Positions 50,201 through 61,332 of a stretch of DNA of 64,000 bases are shown here, piece after piece (the first letter of the stretch is position 1; the number at the start of each line of letters is the position of its first letter). Origin of the DNA: Marsupella aquatica (taxonomy: Eukaryota; Plantae; Marchantiophyta). Location of the stretch: positions 4,947,079 through 5,011,078 of the forward strand of contig OZ316898.1 in NCBI GenBank assembly GCA_973895155.1. The letters run 5' to 3'. Under the pieces are notes generated by a model. The model made no database searches. It saw only the letters and a list, made by a program, of their open reading frames with translations, and was not told where the DNA came from. The translations under genes were made by a program, and so were the position numbers.

Positions 50201-52765
50201 AGAACGAGGGACTCAGATATCAATGCCGAACAAGCAATATGCAACAGGTACCTACAACGAGATTGTTCTCTGATATCTCTGTCAAATGCTCTATGATAAC
50301 TGACTTTAAGAACTGTCTCTGGGTATGTTAGGAAATCAAAACTCATCTCCGGCAAGTGGAAAGTCAGATCCACACGCTGCAGCTTTTGATATCACCGACA
50401 AGGTATACTTGTTTTGACGAATTTTGTCCATACACTTAACTGTGGACCTTGAATAGCCCCTCCATTTTGTTCCAAAGATTGACTGACATGGTTTGATCTA
50501 TGTGTTTGTGCAAGAGGGGTTTAATGTATCTCGATGGTGCCCAATATACAGAGTGACACGAGTGATGATTGTATGCGTGGAGATCCCAGTCAATGTGTGC
50601 ATGAGATTCCTGTTTTCTGGGCCTGATGTGGTTTATATTTTGGCAGGCTACTCCTTGGCGGGAATTTTTTAGGGACCCAGCTGTGTGGGCCATGATGTAT
50701 GCTCACTTCTGTGGAAACTGGGGTCATTACAATCTTCTCGCCTGGTTTCCAACTTATTTCAGGTGAGCTGACATATCACGTAGGGCGAGGGATGAGCACC
50801 AGAGTCAATCTCGTACTTATGGTGGTATGAATGTAACTCATTACTTTTCTCTGGAACGTAATGCAGTGAGGAGCTGAGCTTGGACCTTACAAATTCTGCC
50901 CTGGTGAGTCCTGTATTGCTGAGATAGTATTTTGTCAGTTGGCCTAACCTTATCGAGCCTTGAGTTGTCTTGGGTCAATGACAATCCTTGTTCTTATGAC
51001 ATTTGCCGCGATGAAGAATAGTTGGATCTGGAGTGAAAAGTTGACTGTCGCTTGTCATATCACAATTTAATTTGTAGTATCATGGCAATCGTCTCCCCTC
51101 TCTTGAATGTTTTAGGTTTTTGAAGGATCAGTTCTCTCCGATGTTCTTGGCATTTTTATTCTTATTTTACTCTAGTCTCACTAATCCCATTGGTTTGGAT
51201 GTTTGGAGACAGGTGTCGCTGCTCCCTCCCCTGGGATCAGTTGTAGTTGCCGCTGTAGCGTCTTCTCTGGCTGACTATTTGATCTCGAAAGGGGTTGATA
51301 TTACTTTTGTGAGTGTATTTCGTAGCTGATTTGAGTTGAAATAATGCCGAGATAACTGATGCAGTTTTGATGTTAAATCATGTTAAGTATTGGCCCCCAT
51401 ACTAGTGTAAAATAAAATTGTTTACATGGGAGTTATGATTCTGCGGAATATCCACGCGAATGGGTATGAAATTACCTGAACAAGGTGTGTGACTTGGTCA
51501 GTGCAGGTTCGAAAGCTTTGCCAGTCCATTGCTTTCCTATCACCAGCGACCTGTATGCTTATAGTTTCCTTTCGTCCAGACTTATCGCCTGTACTGACGG
51601 CGGGAATACTCACTGTCGGTTCCAGCCTATCAACGTTTACGCTTGCAGGTGAGTATCATCGTCGGAAGTGGCGAGGGCTAACTTATGGTTACATAGCCGT
51701 GTATATCTTTCCTCGAGATCTGTAATTTCTGAACCAATTGTATAAAATTGTCTCCTTTACTCCTGCTCATTGTTGTAATTGGAAGGAACGAAGAGCGGAA
51801 CTGGTGAAGGCTACGAATTATTGTTGAAAGGGATAGTAGAATTGGCATATGAGAAACAAAGGACAGTAATTTGCACTGGGGCAAAACCTATGGACGTAAT
51901 GCACAGAGGCTTGGGGCATTCCTAAAGTTTTCGTGTTTTTTGTCGCAGGTCTCTACTGCACACATCAGGACATTTCTCCAAAACACGCAAGTGTTCTCCT
52001 GGTAAGTTAGAAATTGCCATAGGTGCCTTGCCAACCTTGGGAATTGTAACGTTCCGCGTAGACTTACATTTTAGTTTCCATAGAATGTCAATCATCCTGG
52101 AAGATAAGGTCCATCCACCATCTTTCTACGACTTGCTCTGGACAAGGTTAGAATGGCCATAAGAATGTGATGCCTCCAACATATTCCTTGATGGACCTTA
52201 GAGTGAAGTATCAATAACAACCTTCAGAGAAATATTTCTGGAAAGCTCCTGATTTCTGCCTTCTGGATATGCAACAAATTATTGTATTGAGGCTAGCAGC
52301 TCTGCTCCACAGCTCATCGTTTCATGGGCGAGGGTCTGTGTACTTGCAGGGCTTAACAAACACGGTTGGAGCAATTCCAGGGATTGTGGGTGTGGCTTTG
52401 ACTGGGTATATACTGGATCAAACAAAGTCCTGGACAGTAAGTACTCACATCTTCAGTTGACTTACGTTCCAGTCTTTACAGATGCGATGAAAAGATGAAG
52501 TTGGGAAATGATGATTAATGAACGAAGTTTTCGTTACTTCAAAGTAATCAGGATTTTTTTGTGTTTGTCAGCAAGGAGGATTTGGTCTGGAGTAACTAAG
52601 ATGCAAACTGCATTTGGTCTGGCAAACTTGCGTATCGTTGAAATGCGTGCTGACACTGAACTTGTGGTGTGACAGTTGGCGCTCTTTGCACCTTCCATAT
52701 TCTTCTATCTGTCAGGCGCATTGGTCTGGAATATCTTTGCCACGAGTAAACCAAAAGATTTCTAG
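47298..52765 (+). CDS. PHT4;5: Plastid anion/phosphate transporter PHT4;5 (ANTR6-like, MFS SLC17 family)
   Basis: Exons 47298-47852, 48298-48443, 48735-48834, 49076-49128, 49384-49458, 49738-49818, 50171-50247, 50332-50402, 50647-50762, 50867-50903, 51213-51308, 51507-51648, 51949-52001, 52350-52436 and 52676-52765 (TAG). Ser/Arg-rich transit peptide. Motifs RYKLMFTTSLAFVICNMDKVNMS, GLVQSSFFWGY, GEGVSPAAATDLIAR, AVWAMMYAHFCGNWGHY, GLYCTHQDISP and LTNTVGAIPGIVGVALTG. Confidence 0.92.
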
Positions 52766-53409
52766 GATCTACGGGTCCCCTTTAAAACATTTTTTTCCAC
52801 TCATTATTGGGTAGTTTGAAGTAAATCAAGAATGTCTCTACATTATTGCTTCTGAACAAAAAGAGATCTTCTCTACTCTGCATCAAACAAACCCTGTCAG
52901 CCAAAAGTTGCCACAGATTTTAGGTGCTTTTCACATTCCACAGTGGTTAGTGTACTGTCTCGGGAGCAACGCATCAAAGAGACAGGACTTAAGTGAAGCA
53001 ACAATTTGATGGTCACTTCATGATCCCAAAGCTAGTTAATGTTTCACTCTAAACCCGGCAGCTCCAATTGCCGTTTGTGGATAGGATCAATGTGGTTAAC
53101 TATGTCCTTTTTCATATCTTCAGGGGGGATATTGTGGAAATAGGTAACACCACTGACCTCCAATATATCGATTGGTTCTAATGCCCAAAGGTCTGTGAAT
53201 ACGTTACTTTCTAAATTGCCCCAATAAATACTTTATTCGTTCGGATTGCGGCTTCGTTGATCAGAAGTTGAGCTAACCTCGTCTAAGGTGTCAGACGTAG
53301 GACTTTGTTTTCGAGTACGGAGGTTATGACGAACATTCCTCACGCAATCTGAGTTAAATTGAACGTCGAAGATAAAATGGAATCAGCTCATCATCCCCGT
53401 TGTCTCACT

Positions 53410-53600
53410 TTCATGGTGAGTAGAGTGCATAACTGCTCTTTAGCTCCGAAGGTTCTCTGGTGATAGAGATCCGAGTATGCACAGATCGTGGCCTTTCTGA
53501 GGGTTCATGGTGACTAGAGTGCATAACTTCTCTCCAGCTCCGAAGGTTCTCTGGTGATAGAGATCCGTGTATGCACAGATCGTGGCCTTTGTGAGGGTTA
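53410..53600. repeat. 94-bp tandem duplication
   Basis: tcatggtga..agagtgcataact...gcacagatcgtggccttt.tgagggtt at 53411 and 53505. Confidence 0.9.
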
Positions 53601-55071
53601 TGATTGTATAGATAGAGCTATAGTAATTATCAACCACCACCAAGTGATTTCCTTGTCGACTACTATGTCTATGAGCTGCTAGGGGAATTACAGTATTTCA
53701 AGTGGGGAATGTGACCTTAGGCGTTCAAGTGAATGCTTGCTGAATCCTACCGAAGCGGACGATCAAGTTTGTGAAATAAATAAAGAATCCTAATGGACTT
53801 TAATACCCAAGCTGATGATCAGGTTTGTGCAATAAACAAATAAATATCTAAGGTTGTGGCGCCCCCAGGTTGGTGTAATTTATAAATAGTCACTGAAATT
53901 TTCAATTGGTGGGACGAAGTTTTAGGCACTGCTTTTGTAACTTGGAAGAAAATTTACTCAGATCAATTTCTAGATTATACATAAACGACAACAGTAAGCG
54001 ATGAATCATCGCCGAGAACTGTTTCTTATAAGACACTCAAACACGTCAAATAATTATTCATGAAAGCGTATGGGAGTTCTTTACAAAACGAGACAAGCAG
54101 TTGGGACAGTTCGTCTCCCATGACAGAAATCACTTCCATACTTCTGTTGATGAAACTAGGACTCATATACAGTTCTCGTTTCAACGAGATCAACATTATT
54201 GCTTCCGCTTAGTTTTGACAAGATTGAGACTAAAGAGAAGAATGTGACATCTAGGATTGACTTATGTGTCGGTTACTTTTCATCCATCAGAGAATTATCA
54301 GACGATTTTTAGCTTCGACTCCGTGAAGTCTCAGTAGGGATGATGGTTCGTAGTTTGGGACGAATGCCATCAAGACTGTGAATGACACCTCTGATCGCTG
54401 AGCATGTAGTTTACACATTCGTTCAAGGTAGCTGAAGTGCCTTTAAAACATGAAGGGAATTTAGGGGAGAGGACTCATTATTGGAACATTTCTTGCAATT
54501 GGCTTTACAGGAAAAAGGTCGGGCTGGATTCTCGGTCTCCTTGCAGACCATTTCAATATCAGGAAAGCAAGGTCTAGCAAATATTGCTAATCGTGAAAAT
54601 GGTAAGCTTGCGCCTGAATTTCCAGTCATCTTCATTTGGGAGCTCCGCATTGCAAGTTGAATGTTGCACGAATTCTGTGCTGGAATTTGCTGTCTTGACA
54701 CTTTTGAGCTATGGACACAGCAGCAGATCAAGCTACTACATGGCCTTCTCCTGTTGGAGGTGGTCGGACCTATCAACAGTCACGAATTGGACGAGTTGTA
54801 ACGAGCCTCTGGGTGCCATAGATTGAAAGAAATTTTAGAGTTCGGTAGGAGTCGCCGTAAGACAGAGGATGCAAGGATCGGTCGAGTCGTGGGTTCTGAT
54901 GAGTCATAGCGGAATGAAGTCTTACGGAAGCGGCTGCCGTAGGTGCAGACATCTGAAGACGTTCTCAAGCGATGGAGGAGTGGAGCAGAAGTTGAGGAGC
55001 TGTTGCAGTTGCTGTACGAGCTGAGAGGCTTTCAAGACAAATAGTTGTAAGCGAGTAGATTTTTCTTAGAT

Positions 55072-55679
55072 ATGTCAGCGCTGCTGGCTTACATGAGAAT
55101 TCCGAACGCTTATGGTTTGGTGGATCCTGGAATTTACAGAGCAAAGGCAGCAACTGCGCCGAATTTTCCATTCCTGTTACATTTGCGGCTGCGCACATTG
55201 CTCTACGTCTCTCCGGATCCTCTGCTTCCTTCCGTTTCTGCCTTCCTTGATAAATGCGCCACCCGATTCGTAGCTTCTCAAGATCTTACCTCACGCCACC
55301 TCACATTGCGGGCTTAATCTTTTCAATTCACTCGCAGATGATAAATTCCAGTTCATGACTCAATGAGAGTGGGGAATTATCTTACTCTTTTCGGTGCTGT
55401 TTTGAAACCGCAGAAGAAAACTTGGCAAAATTGTTGTACTTTATTGCCATGGCTCGTGAGCAATTGGGTTTTGCTGTGGTGCTTCCTTTATGGCGTTGCG
55501 AACAGGAAGCTCAATAGTGTACTGAGGGAGTACATGGATTCTTCTGCTTGCAGATTCACTTAGGATTGAGAGTCTGGAAGCCATATACTACATGGAAGCC
55601 AGTGAGCGAGGAGCTCATCAAGGATGCGTTGGAGATAAGTCTTGGATGTGAATACTCATCCGATTATGGTCATGTGCTC
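55072..55679 (+). pseudogene. OCA/Siw14-family (Y_phosphatase2, PFA-DSP-related) phosphatase-like gene, frameshifted and 3'-truncated
   Basis: Exon 55072-55269: IPNAYGLVDPGIYRA..PNFPFLLHLRLRTLLYVSPD. Exon 55554-55679: IHLGLRVWKPYTTWKPVSEELIKDALEI / VLDVNTHPIMVMCS, with one extra A at ~55638 breaking the frame. No downstream exons recognised. Confidence 0.7.
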
Positions 55680-56013
55680 GTTAGTGTTTAATCGTTCTTC
55701 TCGCTAACTCACTTCCATCTGCCCATTTCTGTTTGATGTTTTGAGCTGACCATTCGTTGTCATATTTTAGTATGTGTAGGGCAGAATTTTACTTATGAAC
55801 GTATAGTAACTAGGAACGAACTGAAATTAGAGGCATCGAGCTGAAGAGTTGAGAGATCTACAGGGACAGATTCCGAGGTTGCTAATCTAAAATAATGGCT
55901 AGGACCTGTCGACTTCAGGAAAATTTGGCAAACGAAAACTTTGGCAGTGTAAAATCACAGGTTGACAATTGCTTTACTAGTTTGTCCACATAAATGACTA
56001 TCTGGGTTGTTTG

Positions 56014-56320
56014 TGAAGAAAACTGCTTTACTAATCTCTTCGATGAATGAGAAGGGGAGGCGGGGGCCCCACATAAATACACGCCAGAGATACGGATGGA
56101 TACTGATCCATCTAGCGGTAGAATACAGTGACCTAAAGATCAACAGTAAAGCAAATAACGTACTAAGCACGTTGATACAAATCATCAATATAGACATGCT
56201 GAAATCAAGCCGTGATATCCGGGAGGTGGACACAGCAATACAGTCGGTTACAATCATTCTTTACACTTAGAAGCGCAGCACACTTTGCTTTGAGTGTCTA
56301 AGCGAAAGTGATTGTCAACA
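56014..56320 (-). repeat. 3' LTR of the copia element
   Basis: 307 bp, TG..CA termini, preceded on the minus strand by the PPT (56321-56330). Confidence 0.97.
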
Positions 56321-56375
56321 CCCTCCCTCGCTCTAAGTGTAGAGGCGAACACAAGTACCGCTTGGAGAAGATCGA

Positions 56376-56966
56376 ATGGATTCTGAAGGTGACAAAATCA
56401 CGTGGTCCACATGGGTGTACACAGGGATGTGGTTGATGATCACAAGCCTGATAGGAATCATACGTATGGTGGATCGTAAATTGGTTCAGCTTCAGAAAGA
56501 GCTGGCAGAGAAAACTGGCCGTGCTGGCTGTGGTGTTCGATCAGATAAGAACAAACAAATGTTGTATCCAGTGACTGATGAAATAGTAATAGATCATATT
56601 CTCACGAGGTTGAGAAAGCAGGTAGGTCCATCAGAGCTGTGGACATACAGACTGATCAATAGAGCTTGGCGTGAAGCAATAAAGCATACACCAGAGTGGA
56701 CGGCCTTCGAATGGGTGCACCGAGAAGTATCGTATGGCAAATGTGAAACCAGACAGCAACAAATTCGAGAGTACTGGTTCAATCTTAGAGATATTCGAGA
56801 GGAGATTGAAAACCAAGAAATATCCGTATTGAGGAGCTTAAGAGATCGCGCGTCTGAAATCGTAAGGACTAGACAGAAGAGAGATGTTGGTACTCAATGT
56901 GATTTAGTATCGGGAATGCAGCTCAAGTCCAGAATTCCAATAGCAGATCGATGTCGTTCGAAGTGA
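56376..56966 (+). CDS. Antisense accessory ORF of the copia element: predicted TM helix, coiled coil and F-box-like motif (196 aa)
   Basis: ATG-initiated intact ORF filling the pol-PPT interval. Hydrophobic aa 10-29; F-box-like LYPVTDEIVIDHILTRL...LWTYRLINRAWREAIKHTPEW at aa 63-108. Overlaps the pol end by 73 nt. Confidence 0.65.
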   Translation: MDSEGDKITWSTWVYTGMWLMITSLIGIIRMVDRKLVQLQKELAEKTGRAGCGVRSDKNKQMLYPVTDEIVIDHILTRLRKQVGPSELWTYRLINRAWREAIKHTPEWTAFEWVHREVSYGKCETRQQQIREYWFNLRDIREEIENQEISVLRSLRDRASEIVRTRQKRDVGTQCDLVSGMQLKSRIPIADRCRSK

Positions 56967-59900
56967 GGTCGGGATAAGGCCTTGGTGAGTACATCTGCGG
57001 GTTGTAGATCTGTTGGTATGTACGTAAGGTGTAATTCCCCCTCAAGGACGCGTTCCCGAACAAAGTGATGATGGACTTCGATATGCTTGGTGCGAGCATG
57101 AAAAACCGGATTTCGTGCAAGCTTGATGGCACCTTCATTGTCGCAGTGAAGAGTTGGTCGAGATGAAGGAAGGATATCAAGAATGTGAGGGTCCTTGCAG
57201 TTCAGTGTGACTTCAATATCAGGAATGAGTTTTAGTTCAAGGAGCAGACGGCGAATGTATACAGCTTCTTGTGCACCCGAGGATAAAGCCATATACTCAG
57301 ATTCGGTAGAAGATTTACTGACGGTGGCTTGTCGCTTGCTGTTCCAAGAAATAGGGCTGTCACCAAGAGTGAGTAGATAAGCCCCTACAGATCGGCGAGT
57401 CGTAGGGCATGTAGCCCAATCAACATCGGTGTAAGCAGAGAGAGTGAGTGGAGCATGGCGTCTGTAAAAAATGCCATAGTGAAGGGTGTGACGAAGATAT
57501 CTGAAGATGTGCTTGGTGGCCTGCATGTGGTCCTCATGTGGATCTTGCATGAATCGGCTGACAAGGCTTACATCAAAAGATATATCTGGGCGAGTGTTGG
57601 TAAGGTATATGAGTTTCCCCACCATACGGCAGTACAAATGAGCATCAACGGGAGGACTGGTGGAATCAGCCGATAGAACTGTGCCTGTTGGTAAGGGAGT
57701 AAGGGCTGGAGTGCAAGAGTCCATCTGAAATTCTTGAAGAATTTCGTCACAGTAGTTGCGTTGATGCATTTTGATGCCCGTAGAGGAGGAAACAAATTCT
57801 ATGCCTAAATATTTCTGAATATTGCCAAGATCCTTCATGCTAAAGTGTTGACGAAGTTCAGTTTTGTGTGAGCTAATAAGAGTGTCGTTGCTTCCGGTGA
57901 GAAAGAAGTCGTCAACATGAGTGAGGAGTACAGTGATGTCTGATCCATCTAGAAAGTAATAAAGATTGTTATCAAGCAAGCTGCGAATCCAACCAAGCTT
58001 TGTTAACAATGCATGTAAAGTGTCATACCAAGCTTTGGAGGATTGTCGGAGGCCATAAAGAGAATTGTTGAGATGACATACAAGATGCTCTTTGCCTACA
58101 ATGCGACGTCCAGGAGGCTGATGCATATAAATATCTTCATAGACTTTGCTGTTGAGAAAAGCCGTGTCCACATCCATGTGAGTAATTTTCCAGCCACGAG
58201 AAGCACATATGGCAGTGACAGTTCGTAGAGTTGCCCATTTGACCACTGGTGCAAAAGTCTCGAAGTAGTCAATGCCATGTTGTTGGTAATTGCCTTTGGC
58301 GACGAGGCGAGCTTTGAGACGTGCATGGGTGGAAGAGATAGGTTTCTTCTTGAAAACCCACATAGATGGAATTGCGTGTTTGCCCGGGGGTAACTCCATA
58401 AGCGTCCAAGTGTTGGTCTTACGAATGGAGTCCAGCTCTTCGTCTATAGCCTCAGACCAGCCGGGGTGAGTAAGCGCTTGATGAAGAGAAATATTGTCAG
58501 TGATAGTTGGATCAGAAGTTTCAATAGCACAAGCCGAGAATTCCAAAGGAGGAGGTTGAGCATAGAATCCAAGAAGCTTAGAATTATGTGAGCGAATTCT
58601 GCTGGAGCGTCGAGGTTCAAAGGGAGCTGGGGGTAGAACAACAGGAATATTTTCAGGCGGGGCAGCATTATCCTGTAGAGTGAAATCGGGATCGGGATTA
58701 TTATCATCTGCAGGTCCAGTGTCAGTATCGGGAGTAGGTTCAGCCAGACCAATTGAATCAAAGGGTGATAAGTCCCCAAAGTCAATGGAAGTGGGTTCAG
58801 GACCAGCAACTGCTGAAATGCCCAGTTCAGACTCATCGAAACGGACATCCCGACTAATAATAATCTTGCGTCTAAGGGGTGAATAACAACGATAACCCTT
58901 GGTGTTTTCATCATAACCAACAAATATGGCTTTAAGGGATTTTGGTTCGAGTTTAGAGCGTAAGGGAGCAGGGATGTGAATATATGCTGAAAAGGGGTTG
59001 TTTTGTAGAGAGATCTAGTGGAACAGCGATTCAAAATGTAAGTAGCTGTTTGAACCATCTCTTCCCAGAGTGGAGCCAAAAGTTGAGCCCCAAAGCAAAG
59101 GCTGCGAGCTGCTTCAATTAAAGTGCGATTTTTGCGCTCAGAGACACCATTCTGGTGTGGTGTGTAGGCAGCCATGAGTTGTCGAAAAATTCCATTGGTG
59201 GAACATAATTCTTGAAAATCCCGGGAAATGTATTCCCCACCTCGATCAGTTCGTAGACATCCAACCTTATAGCCATATTGACTAGTAACAGAAGCACAAA
59301 AAATCTTGAAAGTAGCAAGCACTTCTGATTTGAAACGAAGAAAGAATGTCCACGTATATCGTGTGAAGTCATCCGTGAAAGTGAGGACATAGCGAGAACC
59401 TTGCAAGGAAGGAACACGTGCTGGTCCCCAGACGTCAGAGTGAACCAATGCAAAGGGCCTGGTTGTCTGACTTCGAGAGTGCTTCGGAATTCTTTCACGT
59501 GTTTGCTTGGCAACAATGCAAGTGCTGCATATGGTGCTGACTGGAGAAAGATGAGGTATGCCATCGACTAACTGGCTGGAGCTCATGTGCGATAATTTCT
59601 GGAAATGAATATGGCCAAGCCGTTTGTGCCAAAGTACCGTGTCAGATGAAGAACAAGTGGCAACGTGACATTCAGAACCTATCGGGAAGGAGAGATCATG
59701 TGGAAGCTTGGGTGGAGGCTTTCGAACTAGTGTATATAGACGAGTTACAGGATCGCGAGTTCCTTGCATGCAAACTTGACGTTTGTCATCTAACACCATA
59801 CACTGTGATGAATCAAAGCATACAGTGTGTCCTAGATCAGCAAGGTTGCCAACGGAAAGTAGGCTACGTCGGGCACTCGACACATACAAAACATTGGAAA

Positions 59901-61107
59901 TTTTATTCTGATCAAGAGAGAGAGTGCCCTTGCCCTTGATATCCAAGGCCGCCCCGCCAGCAGTTGCCACAGAGGATCCAGGGGCAAGAGCTACAAAATT
60001 TGTGAGATCAGATTTGTCGCTAGTGAGGTGGGTGTTTGCACCAGAGTCGAAGATCCATGCCGGATGATCAGATTGAGGTGCTGTAATTTCAGAAAAATTG
60101 GCCTCAAGAACCTGGTCAACAGTAATCGTATCTTCGATCTCAGGTGCATCAAAATACTCCTCAACGTCAGGATTTGGGTTGGGACAAAAATTTGCTTCCA
60201 CAAGGTTGGCAGCACGTCCACGTCTGGCTCCAAGATTGGCCTGACTCATTCGGGCAGTGAGGCGCTGGAGCTCTGTTTCGAGGCCACGAAAGGGGCAATT
60301 GCGTGCAACGTGACTGGGATCGTTGCAAGTAAAACAGACTCCGCGATTGTTGACAGCGTTCATAGGAGCTGGGTAGCGTCCACGGCCACCTCTTCCTCCA
60401 TAGTTGGGACCTCCACGTCCACGGGCTCGGCCCCCTGCATTATTGAATCTGCCATAAGGAGCAGGAGGGGTAAATACACGAGCAAAAAGGGCCTCCTCAC
60501 CAGCATAAGCTCGAGCACTGCGACGACTCTCTTCTTCACAAACAAGATTCTCTAGTTCTGAGAAGGAAGGCATGTTCTCTCGTCCTGCAAGAATAGCTCC
60601 AAAGGTCTCCCAACTGCGAGGAAGAGCATCAATGATTACTCCCTGCAATTCTTCATCAGTAAAAGAGACGTCCACGGCAGCAAGATCGTTAAGTAACTCA
60701 TTGACAGTGCTGAAGTTAGTAGCCATGGAAGCAGACTCGGGAAATCTCAGACTAAATAGTTTCCGTTTGAGTACAGCACGACGAGATGTGGTGTTGCCTG
60801 CACAAGCACGTCGTAGTTCTGCCCAGAGAAAAGCTGGATCGTCAATCCGAACATAACGAGCAAGCATCTTATCTTCAACTGCTTTAGTCAACATATACAA
60901 AGCCTTGCTCTGAGCTGTTCGTCGCTCAGCGGGAGTAGGATTCACAGGATCGTTGGGATCAAAGATCACACCTGGAAGATTCTCCCTCACGGCATACCAA
61001 ATCTTCTCCTTGATGAAACTCTGCTTCATCTTGTAGGACCATAATGGGTAGTTGTTCCCATTAAGTTTCTCGTCCTTGGACATTGAGAAATTCATGTCTT
61101 GATTCAT
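56894..61107 (-). CDS. Copia Gag-Pol polyprotein with one frameshifting deletion at ~58988
   Basis: Gag KLNGNNYPLW and zinc knuckle CFTCNDPSHVARNC; protease WIFDSGA; integrase LWHKRLGH..CSTC, VHSDVWGP, RTDRGGEY, QNGVSERKNR. After the shift: AYIHIP..RSKLEPKS..FVGY; RT KARLVAKG, MDVDTAFLN, LYGLRQS, HVDD; RNase H YTDVDWA, STESEY, CDN, KHIEVHHHFVRE, ADVLTKAL. Confidence 0.93.
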
Positions 61108-61216
61108 CGTTCCTGAGTACTACGGAGAATGCACAGGGAGCTATCACCTGCGACGAATAATCAAGGATTCGTTCCTGAGTACTACTGAGAATGCACAGGG
61201 ATCTATCACCTACGAC
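61107..61216. repeat. 48-bp direct repeat x 2 in the copia 5' leader
   Basis: tcgttcctgagtactac.gagaatgcacaggga.ctatcacct.cgac at 61107 and 61169. Confidence 0.9.
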
Positions 61217-61319
61217 TATCACTAAACAAACAAGGACTTAATTAGCAACTACTCGAGTGATCCTTACCAACTCGAAGCTAAAGACAAAGAAGCACAACCC
61301 GCAGTCACTATCCTGGGAA

Positions 61320-61332
61320 GGCTCTGATACCA
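61320..61332 (-). promoter_or_regulatory. Primer-binding site (tRNA-iMet)
   Basis: TGGTATCAGAGCC immediately after the 5' LTR on the minus strand. Confidence 0.95.

Noticed and set aside
53267-53345. gttgag...gtctaaggtgtcagacgtagg, resembling the 5' half of tRNA-Leu
   Set aside because: No T-loop/B box and no acceptor stem pairing; at most a heavily decayed tRNA-derived relic.
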